DNA from: Halodesulfurarchaeum sp.
GTDB lineage: Archaea; Halobacteriota; Halobacteria; Halobacteriales; Halobacteriaceae
Direction: 5' to 3'
DNA length: 64,000 nt
NCBI GenBank assembly: GCA_034520565.1
Contig: JAXHNL010000001.1
Span: forward strand, 32,001-96,000
The position numbers and the translations under genes were made by a program. Every line of letters begins with the position of its first letter. Position 1 is the first letter of the stretch. The notes below the pieces were generated by a model that was not told where the DNA came from, did not search any database, and saw only the letters and a program-made list of their open reading frames with translations. Positions 30,292-38,558 of this stretch are shown in pieces.

Positions 30292-31203
30292 CTACGGTTC
30301 ACACCGCGAGACGGGTCGGTTCTGCCGGGCCGAGAGCCCGTGTGGATTGCGCCGCGTGCTTCGGTCGGTCAGCCTCGCAGTCAGCCCCTCTTTGACCCCC
30401 TGGAGGACCTGTGTCACCGCCTCACGACCGTTCGTAAACCAGAGCGATGGTTTCACGTCACCGACCATGACGGATTTCGCCTCCGAGAAACCGCCCCGGC
30501 TGAGTTGCCCGATTAGTTTGCGTCCCGACTTCCACCCGAGCCCGTAGTTCTTCGCGACTCGATACCCCTGGGACCGGTATTCGAGGGCGTGGCGACGAGT
30601 GGCCGATTCGTCCTGCTGGGTTGGCTCCGCCGTCGACCGCAGTACCGTCGCTCCCGGCTCCCACCGAAGCGTTCGGTTTTGGCCAGCGAGCCGGTGAGCC
30701 AGATCGCGTGCCGCCCCGACCGCGAGGTGCTCGTCGAACCCGTCGAGAGACGTGATCGCCTCACGAGAGAAGACCACGTTGCCGCCGTCGAAAAACCGAA
30801 CCGTCCGCGAACCGATTTGGGCCTCTTCGAGTGATTCGGTCGTCACGTCCGCCCCCAGTTCCCGATGGACCGGGCCGGTGACCGCGTCGGCACCGGCCGC
30901 AAGCGCGGTCTCGACGGAACGCCGCCAGGAGGATTCGACCTGTGTGGCCTGGTCCAGGAACGCTATCGCGTCCCCGGAGGCGGCCGCCAACCCCGCGTTC
31001 CGTGCGACGTTCGGATTCCGTTCGGAGAGTTCCAGCAGGACATCCACCGCTTCGTGTTCGCAGACGAAGCCGGACGTGCCATCGGCAGACGGGCCGTTGG
31101 CCACGATCACCTCGACGTCCGAGAGGTGTTCGGCGATGGCTCCGAGCGTCGCCGGGAGTTCGGCCCGGCCGTTGAGCGTCGGAATCACCACCGAGAGATC
31201 CAT
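30292..31203 (-). CDS. GT2 family glycosyltransferase
   Basis: LSVVIPTLN, ARNAG, GGN..FSREA..GFDE. Confidence 0.8.
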   Translation of the reverse strand: MDLSVVIPTLNGRAELPATLGAIAEHLSDVEVIVANGPSADGTSGFVCEHEAVDVLLELSERNPNVARNAGLAAASGDAIAFLDQATQVESSWRRSVETALAAGADAVTGPVHRELGADVTTESLEEAQIGSRTVRFFDGGNVVFSREAITSLDGFDEHLAVGAARDLAHRLAGQNRTLRWEPGATVLRSTAEPTQQDESATRRHALEYRSQGYRVAKNYGLGWKSGRKLIGQLSRGGFSEAKSVMVGDVKPSLWFTNGREAVTQVLQGVKEGLTARLTDRSTRRNPHGLSARQNRPVSRCEP

Positions 31204-31322
31204 GCCCCGGACAAACCACGGACACGCTTAAAACGTCTCGGGTTTCCGGCGCCGCAAACCCCGTATTCGGAGAATCATAGGCCACTGACCTGCACTGAGG
31301 CCCGATCCGTATCGCCAACCCG

Positions 31323-32033
31323 TCACTCACCGACCCGGGCAGTCCAGTAGGAGACAGTCGCGAGGCGCTCGCCCAGTTCCGATTCGAGCGTCGACTGGTC
31401 AAATTCCCGGAGACTGTCGGCCATCCAGTCCGGCATCTTCCGGTACAGGCCGTACGGGATGACGAAGTCGTGGGACTCCTCGACGAGCTCGAGGTCGGTG
31501 GCGGCGATGAGATCCCGGACTTCCCGGTCCTCGTAGAGCCGGGAGCCCATCGGGAGCGCCCAGTTGTAGACACTGCGGGCGCTGCCGGCGTTGAACGTGT
31601 CAAAAAAGACCAGTTCCTTTGACACCCGGGCCATCTCCGCGAGGAAGTCGTGGGGGGTGTCCGCGAGGTGGAAAAACCGCATGGCGAAGACCGCATCGAA
31701 GTGGTCGTCGGGAAACGGCAACCGGCCCGCATCACCGCGCATGAATTCGAGATGATCGTCGACGCCAGCCTGCTTTGCCTTCTCGCGACCCTGCTGGAGC
31801 ATCGGTCCCGAGATGTCGAGGCCGATGACGTCCGCGTCCCGCTCGGCGAGCATCACGGTAAACCGACCGGTCCCACAGGCGATCTCGAGGATGTTGCGAT
31901 CCGGGAGCGGCGAGAGCGCGGCGAGAACGGCTTCCTTCTCGCGGCGGTCGATAAGGCGGCCGCCACGGGAAAATCGCTTGTCCTCGTAGGCCTCCGCGAC
32001 CGAGTCGGCCTGGTACCACTCCTGTCCCTTCAC
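31323..32033 (-). CDS. Class I SAM-dependent methyltransferase
   Basis: ILEIACGTG, GLDIS, GDAGRLPFPDDHFD; probable GTG start at 32033 (ORF open to 32069). Confidence 0.85.
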   Translation of the reverse strand: MKGQEWYQADSVAEAYEDKRFSRGGRLIDRREKEAVLAALSPLPDRNILEIACGTGRFTVMLAERDADVIGLDISGPMLQQGREKAKQAGVDDHLEFMRGDAGRLPFPDDHFDAVFAMRFFHLADTPHDFLAEMARVSKELVFFDTFNAGSARSVYNWALPMGSRLYEDREVRDLIAATDLELVEESHDFVIPYGLYRKMPDWMADSLREFDQSTLESELGERLATVSYWTARVGE

Positions 32034-32249
32034 GTCATCACAAACACGCCGGTCCGTAGTTAAAACCATACTGGAAACGATCGAACCGGTCCGCGATCCG
32101 GGACGAAAGCGAGAGCTACCGACACCCGATCGGCCAGTCGCGATTCCACGATTCCGAGAATCGGGCCCCGAAACGGACCTAATATTGTTTAAGGAATATA
32201 GTCACAAGTATAGATAACCTTTACCTTGCCCCATTTGTGAAGCATAGTC

Positions 32250-32516
32250 ATGAGTACGACGGCCACCGGCCAATCACCGATCCAATCAAACGACGAGTTT
32301 CGCGAGCGCCTCCGCGAACTCCCACCGAGTGCGAAACTAGTCGCCAAAGTCCTCGAAACCGAAGAGCCGCTTTCGCAGGGCCAACTCGCCGAAGAGAGCC
32401 TTCTCCCGGACCGCACGGTACGCTACGCGCTCAATCGCCTGAGCGAGGCTTCCCTGGTCGATTCCCGGTACAGTTTCCGCGACGCGCGAAAGCAAGTGTA
32501 CTACCTCGACGTCTGA
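32250..32516 (+). CDS. Small winged-HTH DNA-binding protein
   Basis: LPPSAKLVAKVL..LSQGQLAEESLLPDRTVRYAL..DARKQVY; AT-rich promoter upstream. Confidence 0.85.
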   Translation: MSTTATGQSPIQSNDEFRERLRELPPSAKLVAKVLETEEPLSQGQLAEESLLPDRTVRYALNRLSEASLVDSRYSFRDARKQVYYLDV

Positions 32517-32566
32517 GTCGAGGGCTGCTTCTGTAGCCTTTTGGCCGTCGGCCACGTCCATCTGCC

Positions 32567-33226
32567 ATGGACCGCCTCGAAGCCGCTCTCACGTGGGCGC
32601 GATCGATCAATCCCGAAGCGATCGCCGCGGACCTCCAGGAGATCGGCTTCGAGTGCACCCGCTGTGGACAGTGCTGTCGGGGAACCGAGGACGAGCCGCA
32701 CACTGCGACCGTGTTCCCGGACGAGATCCGTGAAATCCACGAGGCGACCGACCACTCGTGGGACGAAATCGCCCGCCCGATGCCCTTCGGCCTCGACGAG
32801 GACGGGGGCGAGACGTTCGAATGGGCGCTCCAGACCGACGCGGATCGCCAGTGCACGTTTCTCGAGACAGTCGACGGACACACCAGCTGTTCGATCTACG
32901 ACTCCCGCCCATTGCTCTGTCGGACCTATCCGTTCAGTCTGGCTCTTCCAGGCACCGGCATCGCCGAATCGGCGGCCGTGGAATCGGCCGGTCGGGTCCG
33001 GGCCTCCGAGTGCCCGGGATTGGGTGCCGAAATGAGCCAGGAGCGGGCCCTCGCTCTCGCCAACACGCTTCGGGAACGGGCGATCCGGGAGATCCAGGAG
33101 ACGATCGCGCTCCGGGAACACTACGCCCCGCAAGCCGAGGCCGACTCGATCGTCGTTCACGACTCCGAGGGCCCGAAGCGGCCCGACGGCCGACCGTTCG
33201 ACGAATCTCCGGGTAACAACTACTAA
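32567..33226 (+). CDS. YkgJ family cysteine-cluster (Fe-S/Zn) protein
   Basis: FECTRCGQCC, CTFL, CSIYDSRPLLCRTYPF, CPGLG. Confidence 0.85.
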   Translation: MDRLEAALTWARSINPEAIAADLQEIGFECTRCGQCCRGTEDEPHTATVFPDEIREIHEATDHSWDEIARPMPFGLDEDGGETFEWALQTDADRQCTFLETVDGHTSCSIYDSRPLLCRTYPFSLALPGTGIAESAAVESAGRVRASECPGLGAEMSQERALALANTLRERAIREIQETIALREHYAPQAEADSIVVHDSEGPKRPDGRPFDESPGNNY

Positions 33227-33261
33227 TACCGGGCCGGTATCACGTCCACTCGGACACATCC

Positions 33262-33666
33262 ATGGAAATCTCTGAGCAACTCCTCTGTCTGTTCAACGGG
33301 GAAGTCACCGAAACCGACGATGGCTACGTCGTCGAGATCCCCGATCGCGAGGTCGAAAACGGTACGATCGACCCCGAGACGATCTATCGCGTCGCGATCA
33401 TTGCCCGCGGGGACGGCCCCGCCGAACCGGCCGAAACGGGCGAAACCACCGTTCCCTCCGAGCCCCAGCCACCCGTCGAGGTCGGGGAGATACGCTACGT
33501 CGAAATCGAGGACATCGGGAAGCAGGGTGACGGTATCGCCCGTGTCGAACGCGGCTACGTCATCATCGTTCCAGGGGCGGAGATGGGCGAGCGCGTGAAA
33601 GTCGAAATCAGCGAGGTGAAGTCGAACTTCGCCGTCGGCGAGGTCATCGAAGAGGAGTTCGAGTAA
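33262..33666 (+). CDS. TRAM domain protein
   Basis: PPVEVGE..VEIEDIGKQGDGIARVERGYVIIVPG..FAVGEV. Confidence 0.9.
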   Translation: MEISEQLLCLFNGEVTETDDGYVVEIPDREVENGTIDPETIYRVAIIARGDGPAEPAETGETTVPSEPQPPVEVGEIRYVEIEDIGKQGDGIARVERGYVIIVPGAEMGERVKVEISEVKSNFAVGEVIEEEFE

Positions 33667-33713
33667 CCGGCTCACCGAAGTACGGTTCGAGTAGCCGGCT
33701 CACCGAAGTACGG
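33657..33713. repeat. 28-bp tandem duplication at the convergent TRAM / radical SAM junction
   Basis: GTTCGAGTAACCGGCTCACCGAAGTACG followed by GTTCGAGTAGCCGGCTCACCGAAGTACG (one mismatch). Confidence 0.9.
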
Positions 33714-35396
33714 CGCGAGTGTTTCTGCGGCAGGAGCGGCGTCGAGGGAGTCGTAGGGTCGACCGACGAGTATGTCACCGGCGGTCGAGGTGCCGATGCC
33801 GGGAATGGCCGTCAGTTCGTCCATGGTGGCCTCGGCAAGCGAGAGCGGATAGGGCACCGCCGTGACCGATCGCGGCCCGTGATCGACCACGATCGTGTCG
33901 AGATGAGTTCCGAGCGGATGCTCGCCAGGAATCCCGACGAGGAGTGGGTACGTGCCGGCCTGTCGCCCGAACGTGTGCTCGCCCTCGTGGTACTCCGTCC
34001 GCACGTCCGGCAGCACCGTCCCCGGCGGGGCGACCCGGCGAAGCATCGGAACGTCGATCTCCTCCCGGACGGCGGCCCGGTAGGATTTGAACTGCTTCTT
34101 GTGGGCCTTCGCGAGGGCAGCGCCCGTCGACTCCATCTCCGTGCCTTCGAAGGCCATCACCTGTCGAATGTTGATCCGTCGGACCATCAGCCCCGCCTCG
34201 AGGACGGAATCGAGGAATTCGCGGTTGTGCTCGAAGGTCTCCTCGCGCTCGCCGGCCAACCCGTGGACGAAGTTGAGCCCCGGGAGCAGCGTCGGGAGCC
34301 GCGTGGGAATCTCCGGATCGGTCGACGGGGCAACGGACTGGTCCTCGCCCGGCCGCCACCCGCCGACCTCGTTGACGATCCGGACGGCCTCCAGGGCCTC
34401 CTCGGGGGTGACGAGGAGATCGTTCGCTTCCTGCACCACCGGATCGGCGCTCTCGACCCCGAAGGCAGCCGTGTCCCCGGGCGTGTTGTATTTCGCGATG
34501 ATCGAGAGGGCTGCCCGGGAACGATCGGGGTAGTTCACGATCGTCACCGGGTTCATGTTGTCCATGTGGAGGGTGTCGAGGGCCGGCGCGACCTCCCGAA
34601 TCCCCGAATAGAGTGCCTCCAGTGCCTCGGGGTTGGGACGCTCGCCGTCACCCCCATACGCGAGAATGTCGGCCTGCCGGCCGAGCCGGAAGTGCGAGAC
34701 TCCCCAATCGGCGAGCGCCCCCACCTCCGCGTGGATCGCCGACGGCTCGCGGAAGGTCGGATCGCCGTACATCGGTTCGGTGCAGAACGAACACCGGAAC
34801 GCACAGCCCCTGGCGGTCTCGATTTCGGCAATGAGCCCGTCGGGGTGGTCGGGGTGCTGTTCCACGACGAAGGCCCCCTGTTTGGCCCAGCGATCCGCTT
34901 CGGCGAGGTCGCGGTAGCGATCATTGAAACCCTCGAGGCCGTTCTGTACGAGATCGTAGACGCCCGCTTCCACGTCGGCCATGGCCAGGAAGTCGAAGTC
35001 GAGGTCCTCCCGCGACGTTTCGGTTCCGCCCTCGTTCGTGCCGCCGACGCCGAAGCGAACCGGGCCGCCCATCACGCTCGTTCCCTTGGCCGTCCAGGCT
35101 AGCTTTCGGGCCTCGTCCGGTTCGGCTGGCGTGCCACCGACGTAACTCCCGGGAACGGTCATCCCGCCGAGGTAGACCAGTAGATCGGCCGATTCGACCT
35201 CCCGCCACCGGGAGCGGTCCTCGCGCAACCCGTCGATCGTGTGATATGTAATCGCTTCGCGTGGGACCCCAGCGTCCCGGAGCGCACCGGCCGTGTACCG
35301 GGGATAGGTCGAAACGTACGGCGGAACCCCGAAGTGGGCCGGTTCGTCGACGTAGCCGTCGACGAGAACCACCGAGAGCGCGCCGGGATCAGTCAT
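33672..35396 (-). CDS. Radical SAM protein with C-terminal helix-hairpin-helix
   Basis: ETARGCAFRCSFC (CxxxCxxC), GVESAD, HGLAGE, C-terminal ELTAIPGIG; N-terminal DGYVDEPAHFGVPPY. Confidence 0.88.
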   Translation of the reverse strand: MTDPGALSVVLVDGYVDEPAHFGVPPYVSTYPRYTAGALRDAGVPREAITYHTIDGLREDRSRWREVESADLLVYLGGMTVPGSYVGGTPAEPDEARKLAWTAKGTSVMGGPVRFGVGGTNEGGTETSREDLDFDFLAMADVEAGVYDLVQNGLEGFNDRYRDLAEADRWAKQGAFVVEQHPDHPDGLIAEIETARGCAFRCSFCTEPMYGDPTFREPSAIHAEVGALADWGVSHFRLGRQADILAYGGDGERPNPEALEALYSGIREVAPALDTLHMDNMNPVTIVNYPDRSRAALSIIAKYNTPGDTAAFGVESADPVVQEANDLLVTPEEALEAVRIVNEVGGWRPGEDQSVAPSTDPEIPTRLPTLLPGLNFVHGLAGEREETFEHNREFLDSVLEAGLMVRRINIRQVMAFEGTEMESTGAALAKAHKKQFKSYRAAVREEIDVPMLRRVAPPGTVLPDVRTEYHEGEHTFGRQAGTYPLLVGIPGEHPLGTHLDTIVVDHGPRSVTAVPYPLSLAEATMDELTAIPGIGTSTAGDILVGRPYDSLDAAPAAETLAPYFGEPATRTVLR

Positions 35397-35501
35397 CGAC
35401 TCCGTTTACCGTCCGACCGGGAAAAGGACACCGGGCCCGGCCCACGGAGGGGTCTCGGGCCGGCCCACGGGGCTTAAACCCACCCGCGACGAAAGGCGGC
35501 T

Positions 35502-35660
35502 ATGCCACCGACGAAGGAGTTCAAGTGCACGAATCCCGATTGCGAACTCGACATGTTCGAGGCCCACTACACCTATGACATGCCCGAGGACACGGGTGTC
35601 GAAGACTTCGCCTGCCCGTACTGTGGGCAGACAGACACGCTGGAAGACATCACTGTCTAA
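35502..35660 (+). CDS. CPxCG-type zinc-finger microprotein (52 aa), not in the ORF track
   Basis: MPPTKEFKCTNPDCELDMFEAHYTYDMPEDTGVEDFACPYCGQTDTLEDITV; CTTAAA TATA-like box about 25 nt upstream. Confidence 0.8.
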   Translation: MPPTKEFKCTNPDCELDMFEAHYTYDMPEDTGVEDFACPYCGQTDTLEDITV

Positions 35661-36262
35661 TCGCCGATCCCTTCCCCGCCGATCAACTCGCCCAGCGACT
35701 GGGCCGGCGGTTCCGGCGTTTCCCACTCGGTCCCGACCGTGAGCAACTGGACCAGCATTCTGGCCGTCGCGCCCCAGATCGTGTAGTCCCCGACCCGAAA
35801 GTGATGGCATGGCACGGTTCCGTATTCCGGGTGTTCCCGGGGCTCAAAGGTGTGGTTCTCCGGGTCGGTGAGTGCAGCCACCGGCAGCGGAACCACCTCT
35901 GCGACCTCGGCGTCTGTCGGTCGATAGTCGCGTTCGGGCACCCGGGCGACGAACGGCGAAACCGTGTAGCCGGTCACCGTCTCGATGTCGTCGAGCCGAC
36001 CGACCGGAGTGATCTCCTCCGGCAGTAGGCCGATCTCCTCGCCGGACTCGCGAACCGCCGTCGCTTGACGGTCCCCGTCCTTCGGTTCGTACCCCCCGCC
36101 CGGGAATCCCATTTCTCCGGGGTGTTCCAGGAGGTTCGCGGCCCGCTCGATAAAGACGAGTTCCGGATCGGCCCCGTCGATGACCGGGATAAGCACCGCA
36201 GCTTTCCGGGACGGGTCTGGAACGACCGTCGGATCGCGACCGGCGACCGGGCCGAGGTCCAT
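35657..36262 (-). CDS. Nudix hydrolase, CoA pyrophosphatase type
   Basis: AAVLIP, HPGEMGFPGG, Nudix box TAVRESGEEIG, IWGATA; ATG at 36262. Confidence 0.88.
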   Translation of the reverse strand: MDLGPVAGRDPTVVPDPSRKAAVLIPVIDGADPELVFIERAANLLEHPGEMGFPGGGYEPKDGDRQATAVRESGEEIGLLPEEITPVGRLDDIETVTGYTVSPFVARVPERDYRPTDAEVAEVVPLPVAALTDPENHTFEPREHPEYGTVPCHHFRVGDYTIWGATARMLVQLLTVGTEWETPEPPAQSLGELIGGEGIGD

Positions 36263-36285
36263 ACGCCCAGTTCGCACACAGGAAC

Positions 36286-36750
36286 TTAGGTTTCCTGCTC
36301 CGCGAGATCCGCGAGTCGCTCGCGAACGTCCCCGAGATCGATGCCGGCCCAGGCCTCCGCGTCGTAGGTCACGTCGATGAGATCGTGGGCCCGGTCCGGA
36401 TCCTCGATCGTCGCCGTTTTGGCGGCGAGCCGGTTCCTGAGCCCCGTTTCGAGTGTCTCCTCGGGCACGGTTCGGGGATCGACATCGAGGACATGTGGGA
36501 GGTCCCCCGCGGACTCCGGCACCTCGGGGAACGCGCGGGGGCCGGGGACGACGAGGGGGTCCCCGTCCAGTTCCACTTTCAGCAGGGAAAAATCGGCCTG
36601 GGCCTGGTCGATCCACTCCTCGATCGTCTCCTCGTCGAGATCGACTCCGGCACGAAAGGCCGTCTCCCGGATCGCCCGGCGCATCTCCGGCGGCGAGAGC
36701 GCGCCGAACTGGTCGACGATCCCCGCGAGTTGGTCCCCTGAAAGCTCCAT
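36286..36750 (-). CDS. Conserved hypothetical haloarchaeal protein
   Basis: Acidic ORF tightly packed between the MFS and Nudix genes (LAGIVDQFGAL...GPRAFP...DLPHVL...YDAEAW). Confidence 0.7.
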   Translation of the reverse strand: MELSGDQLAGIVDQFGALSPPEMRRAIRETAFRAGVDLDEETIEEWIDQAQADFSLLKVELDGDPLVVPGPRAFPEVPESAGDLPHVLDVDPRTVPEETLETGLRNRLAAKTATIEDPDRAHDLIDVTYDAEAWAGIDLGDVRERLADLAEQET

Positions 36751-36776
36751 ACGGCGTCCCTGAACCCGCCCGGCCA

Positions 36777-37979
36777 TCACTGTGTCCCTTTGGGGAGCCG
36801 GTGTGTCGCGTACAGCACGAAGAGAACGAAGAACACACCGACCAGCACGATCGAAAACGTCCGGTAGACCTGATCGAAGGCGAACCCGGCCTCCACGAGC
36901 ATGCCGACGACCAGACTCGCGCTCGCCTGGATGACCATCATCGAGGCGCTGTAGGCCGAATAGGCACTCGAGCGGTCGGCATCGGGGAGGGCGGTGAGGA
37001 GGTACGTATCGATGACCGGCAAGAGGCTATGAAACACCAGTCCCATCACGATCGTGACGAGTGCGATCCCAAGCAGGCCGTCGACGACCGTCATCACGAC
37101 CAAGGAGACGACGAAGAAGCCGATGATTCCCAACATAAGTGGAACACGCGGCAGTCGGTCCGCGAGTTGGCCACCGTAGAAGAAGGCCGGAAGTCCGGCC
37201 GCGAAAATGAGCGTCAGCATCGTCCCGGCCATCCCGGGAGAAAGGGACTTCGTCGTGATGAGATACCGCACGAAGAAGTTGAAAAAGCCGTTCCAGACGA
37301 AGCCCGTGGCCCCGATGACCGCGACTGCGGTCACGACGATGGGCCAGTGAGCCCGCACCGAGCGCAAGAGATGTTGCTCACCCCGGCCCACGTCCGGGAG
37401 TTCGGTCCGGCGAGCGGTCACGACGAGCCACCCCGTTCCGGCCATCGCAGCAAGGGCCATGACCACGAAGAGCAGGCGCCAGTTGTAGAGGGCGATTGCG
37501 GCGCTCACCAGTAACGGTGCGACCACGGCGGCGGTTTGTCCGGCTGTCCCATGAATGCCGAGCACACGCCCGACCCGGTCGGGGAAGAGTTCGCTCACGA
37601 GCGGGTTCGCCGCGATGAAATAAATACCACTCGAGGTGCCGAGCAGGAACGCCCCGATCCCCACGTGCCAGACCGATTGGGCGAGGGCGGTGAACAGGGC
37701 GGCACCCGTCAGCAGGATCCCGGTGCCGAGAACGACCTGTTCCCGTTTGAACCGGGTAAGGAGATAGCCCGTCGGAAGTCGCGGAACGGCGCTTCCGAGC
37801 CAGGCGAGCGTGGCGATGAGCCCGACGGTCGCCTCGCCGGCGTCGAACACCCGGATGAACGGATCGAGCAGCGGCGCGAACACCACCCGAGCGAAGTTGA
37901 CCAGAAAGACCAGCACCAGAAGCGACGAGAAGACCTGCAAGCGGCGGCGCTCGACAGTGGGTGTTTCCGGGGGCTGCAC
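36777..37979 (-). CDS. MFS transporter
   Basis: About 12 hydrophobic segments; GQLADRLPR loop motif. Confidence 0.88.
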   Translation of the reverse strand: MQPPETPTVERRRLQVFSSLLVLVFLVNFARVVFAPLLDPFIRVFDAGEATVGLIATLAWLGSAVPRLPTGYLLTRFKREQVVLGTGILLTGAALFTALAQSVWHVGIGAFLLGTSSGIYFIAANPLVSELFPDRVGRVLGIHGTAGQTAAVVAPLLVSAAIALYNWRLLFVVMALAAMAGTGWLVVTARRTELPDVGRGEQHLLRSVRAHWPIVVTAVAVIGATGFVWNGFFNFFVRYLITTKSLSPGMAGTMLTLIFAAGLPAFFYGGQLADRLPRVPLMLGIIGFFVVSLVVMTVVDGLLGIALVTIVMGLVFHSLLPVIDTYLLTALPDADRSSAYSAYSASMMVIQASASLVVGMLVEAGFAFDQVYRTFSIVLVGVFFVLFVLYATHRLPKGTQ

Positions 37980-38081
37980 GAGTCCGATTTCGCCGCGGCC
38001 CCAATCAAGGTTTCCGATTCGGAGGCCGGTTGATCTCCAGTGTTCCAGGCGACATCCAGTGGGCGGCCCCGAGCCACCTGC

Positions 38082-38552
38082 TTATCGGTCGACAGCGACC
38101 CGAAGCCTGGCGTATTCCCGAAGCGGGAGTGGTCGGTCACCGTCGATTTTGGCCCGGAGTTCGCCAGCATCGCCAAATCCGTACGCCGCCGCGAGCGACT
38201 CGGCGTCGATGGGGCCCCGACTCATCTGGACGAGCAGGTGGTCCCTGCACCGTGCCCGGACCTCGGACGGCGAAAACGTCGATTCCGTCGCGAGAATCGT
38301 CGCCGCCATCCCCAACGTGAGTCCATCGTCACGGCCGGGAGTCCCGGCCGTGGCTCCCGAGACGATCGCCTCGAGTCGCTGCCGGTTGATCCCCGTCCGA
38401 CCGGCGACGATCGCGAGATCCTGAGACGTCAGGACGGTTCCCAATACACCGAGCAGGTTCGCATAAGTCCGCCCGACTGTCCCGCCTTCGGTCACGTCCG
38501 CAGACGGCAAAACGGCTTCGTCCAAAAAGCGCGCAAGCGGCGGCCGATTCAC
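38082..38552 (-). CDS. Hypothetical protein (DUF5791-like, possibly HTH-containing); last gene of the pilus-like operon
   Basis: AAAIL-like motif 'MAATILA', 'DHLLVQMS', 'KIDGDRPLPLREYARL'; directly follows the 960-aa gene. Confidence 0.6.
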   Translation of the reverse strand: MNRPPLARFLDEAVLPSADVTEGGTVGRTYANLLGVLGTVLTSQDLAIVAGRTGINRQRLEAIVSGATAGTPGRDDGLTLGMAATILATESTFSPSEVRARCRDHLLVQMSRGPIDAESLAAAYGFGDAGELRAKIDGDRPLPLREYARLRVAVDR

Positions 38553-38558
38553 GAGCTC

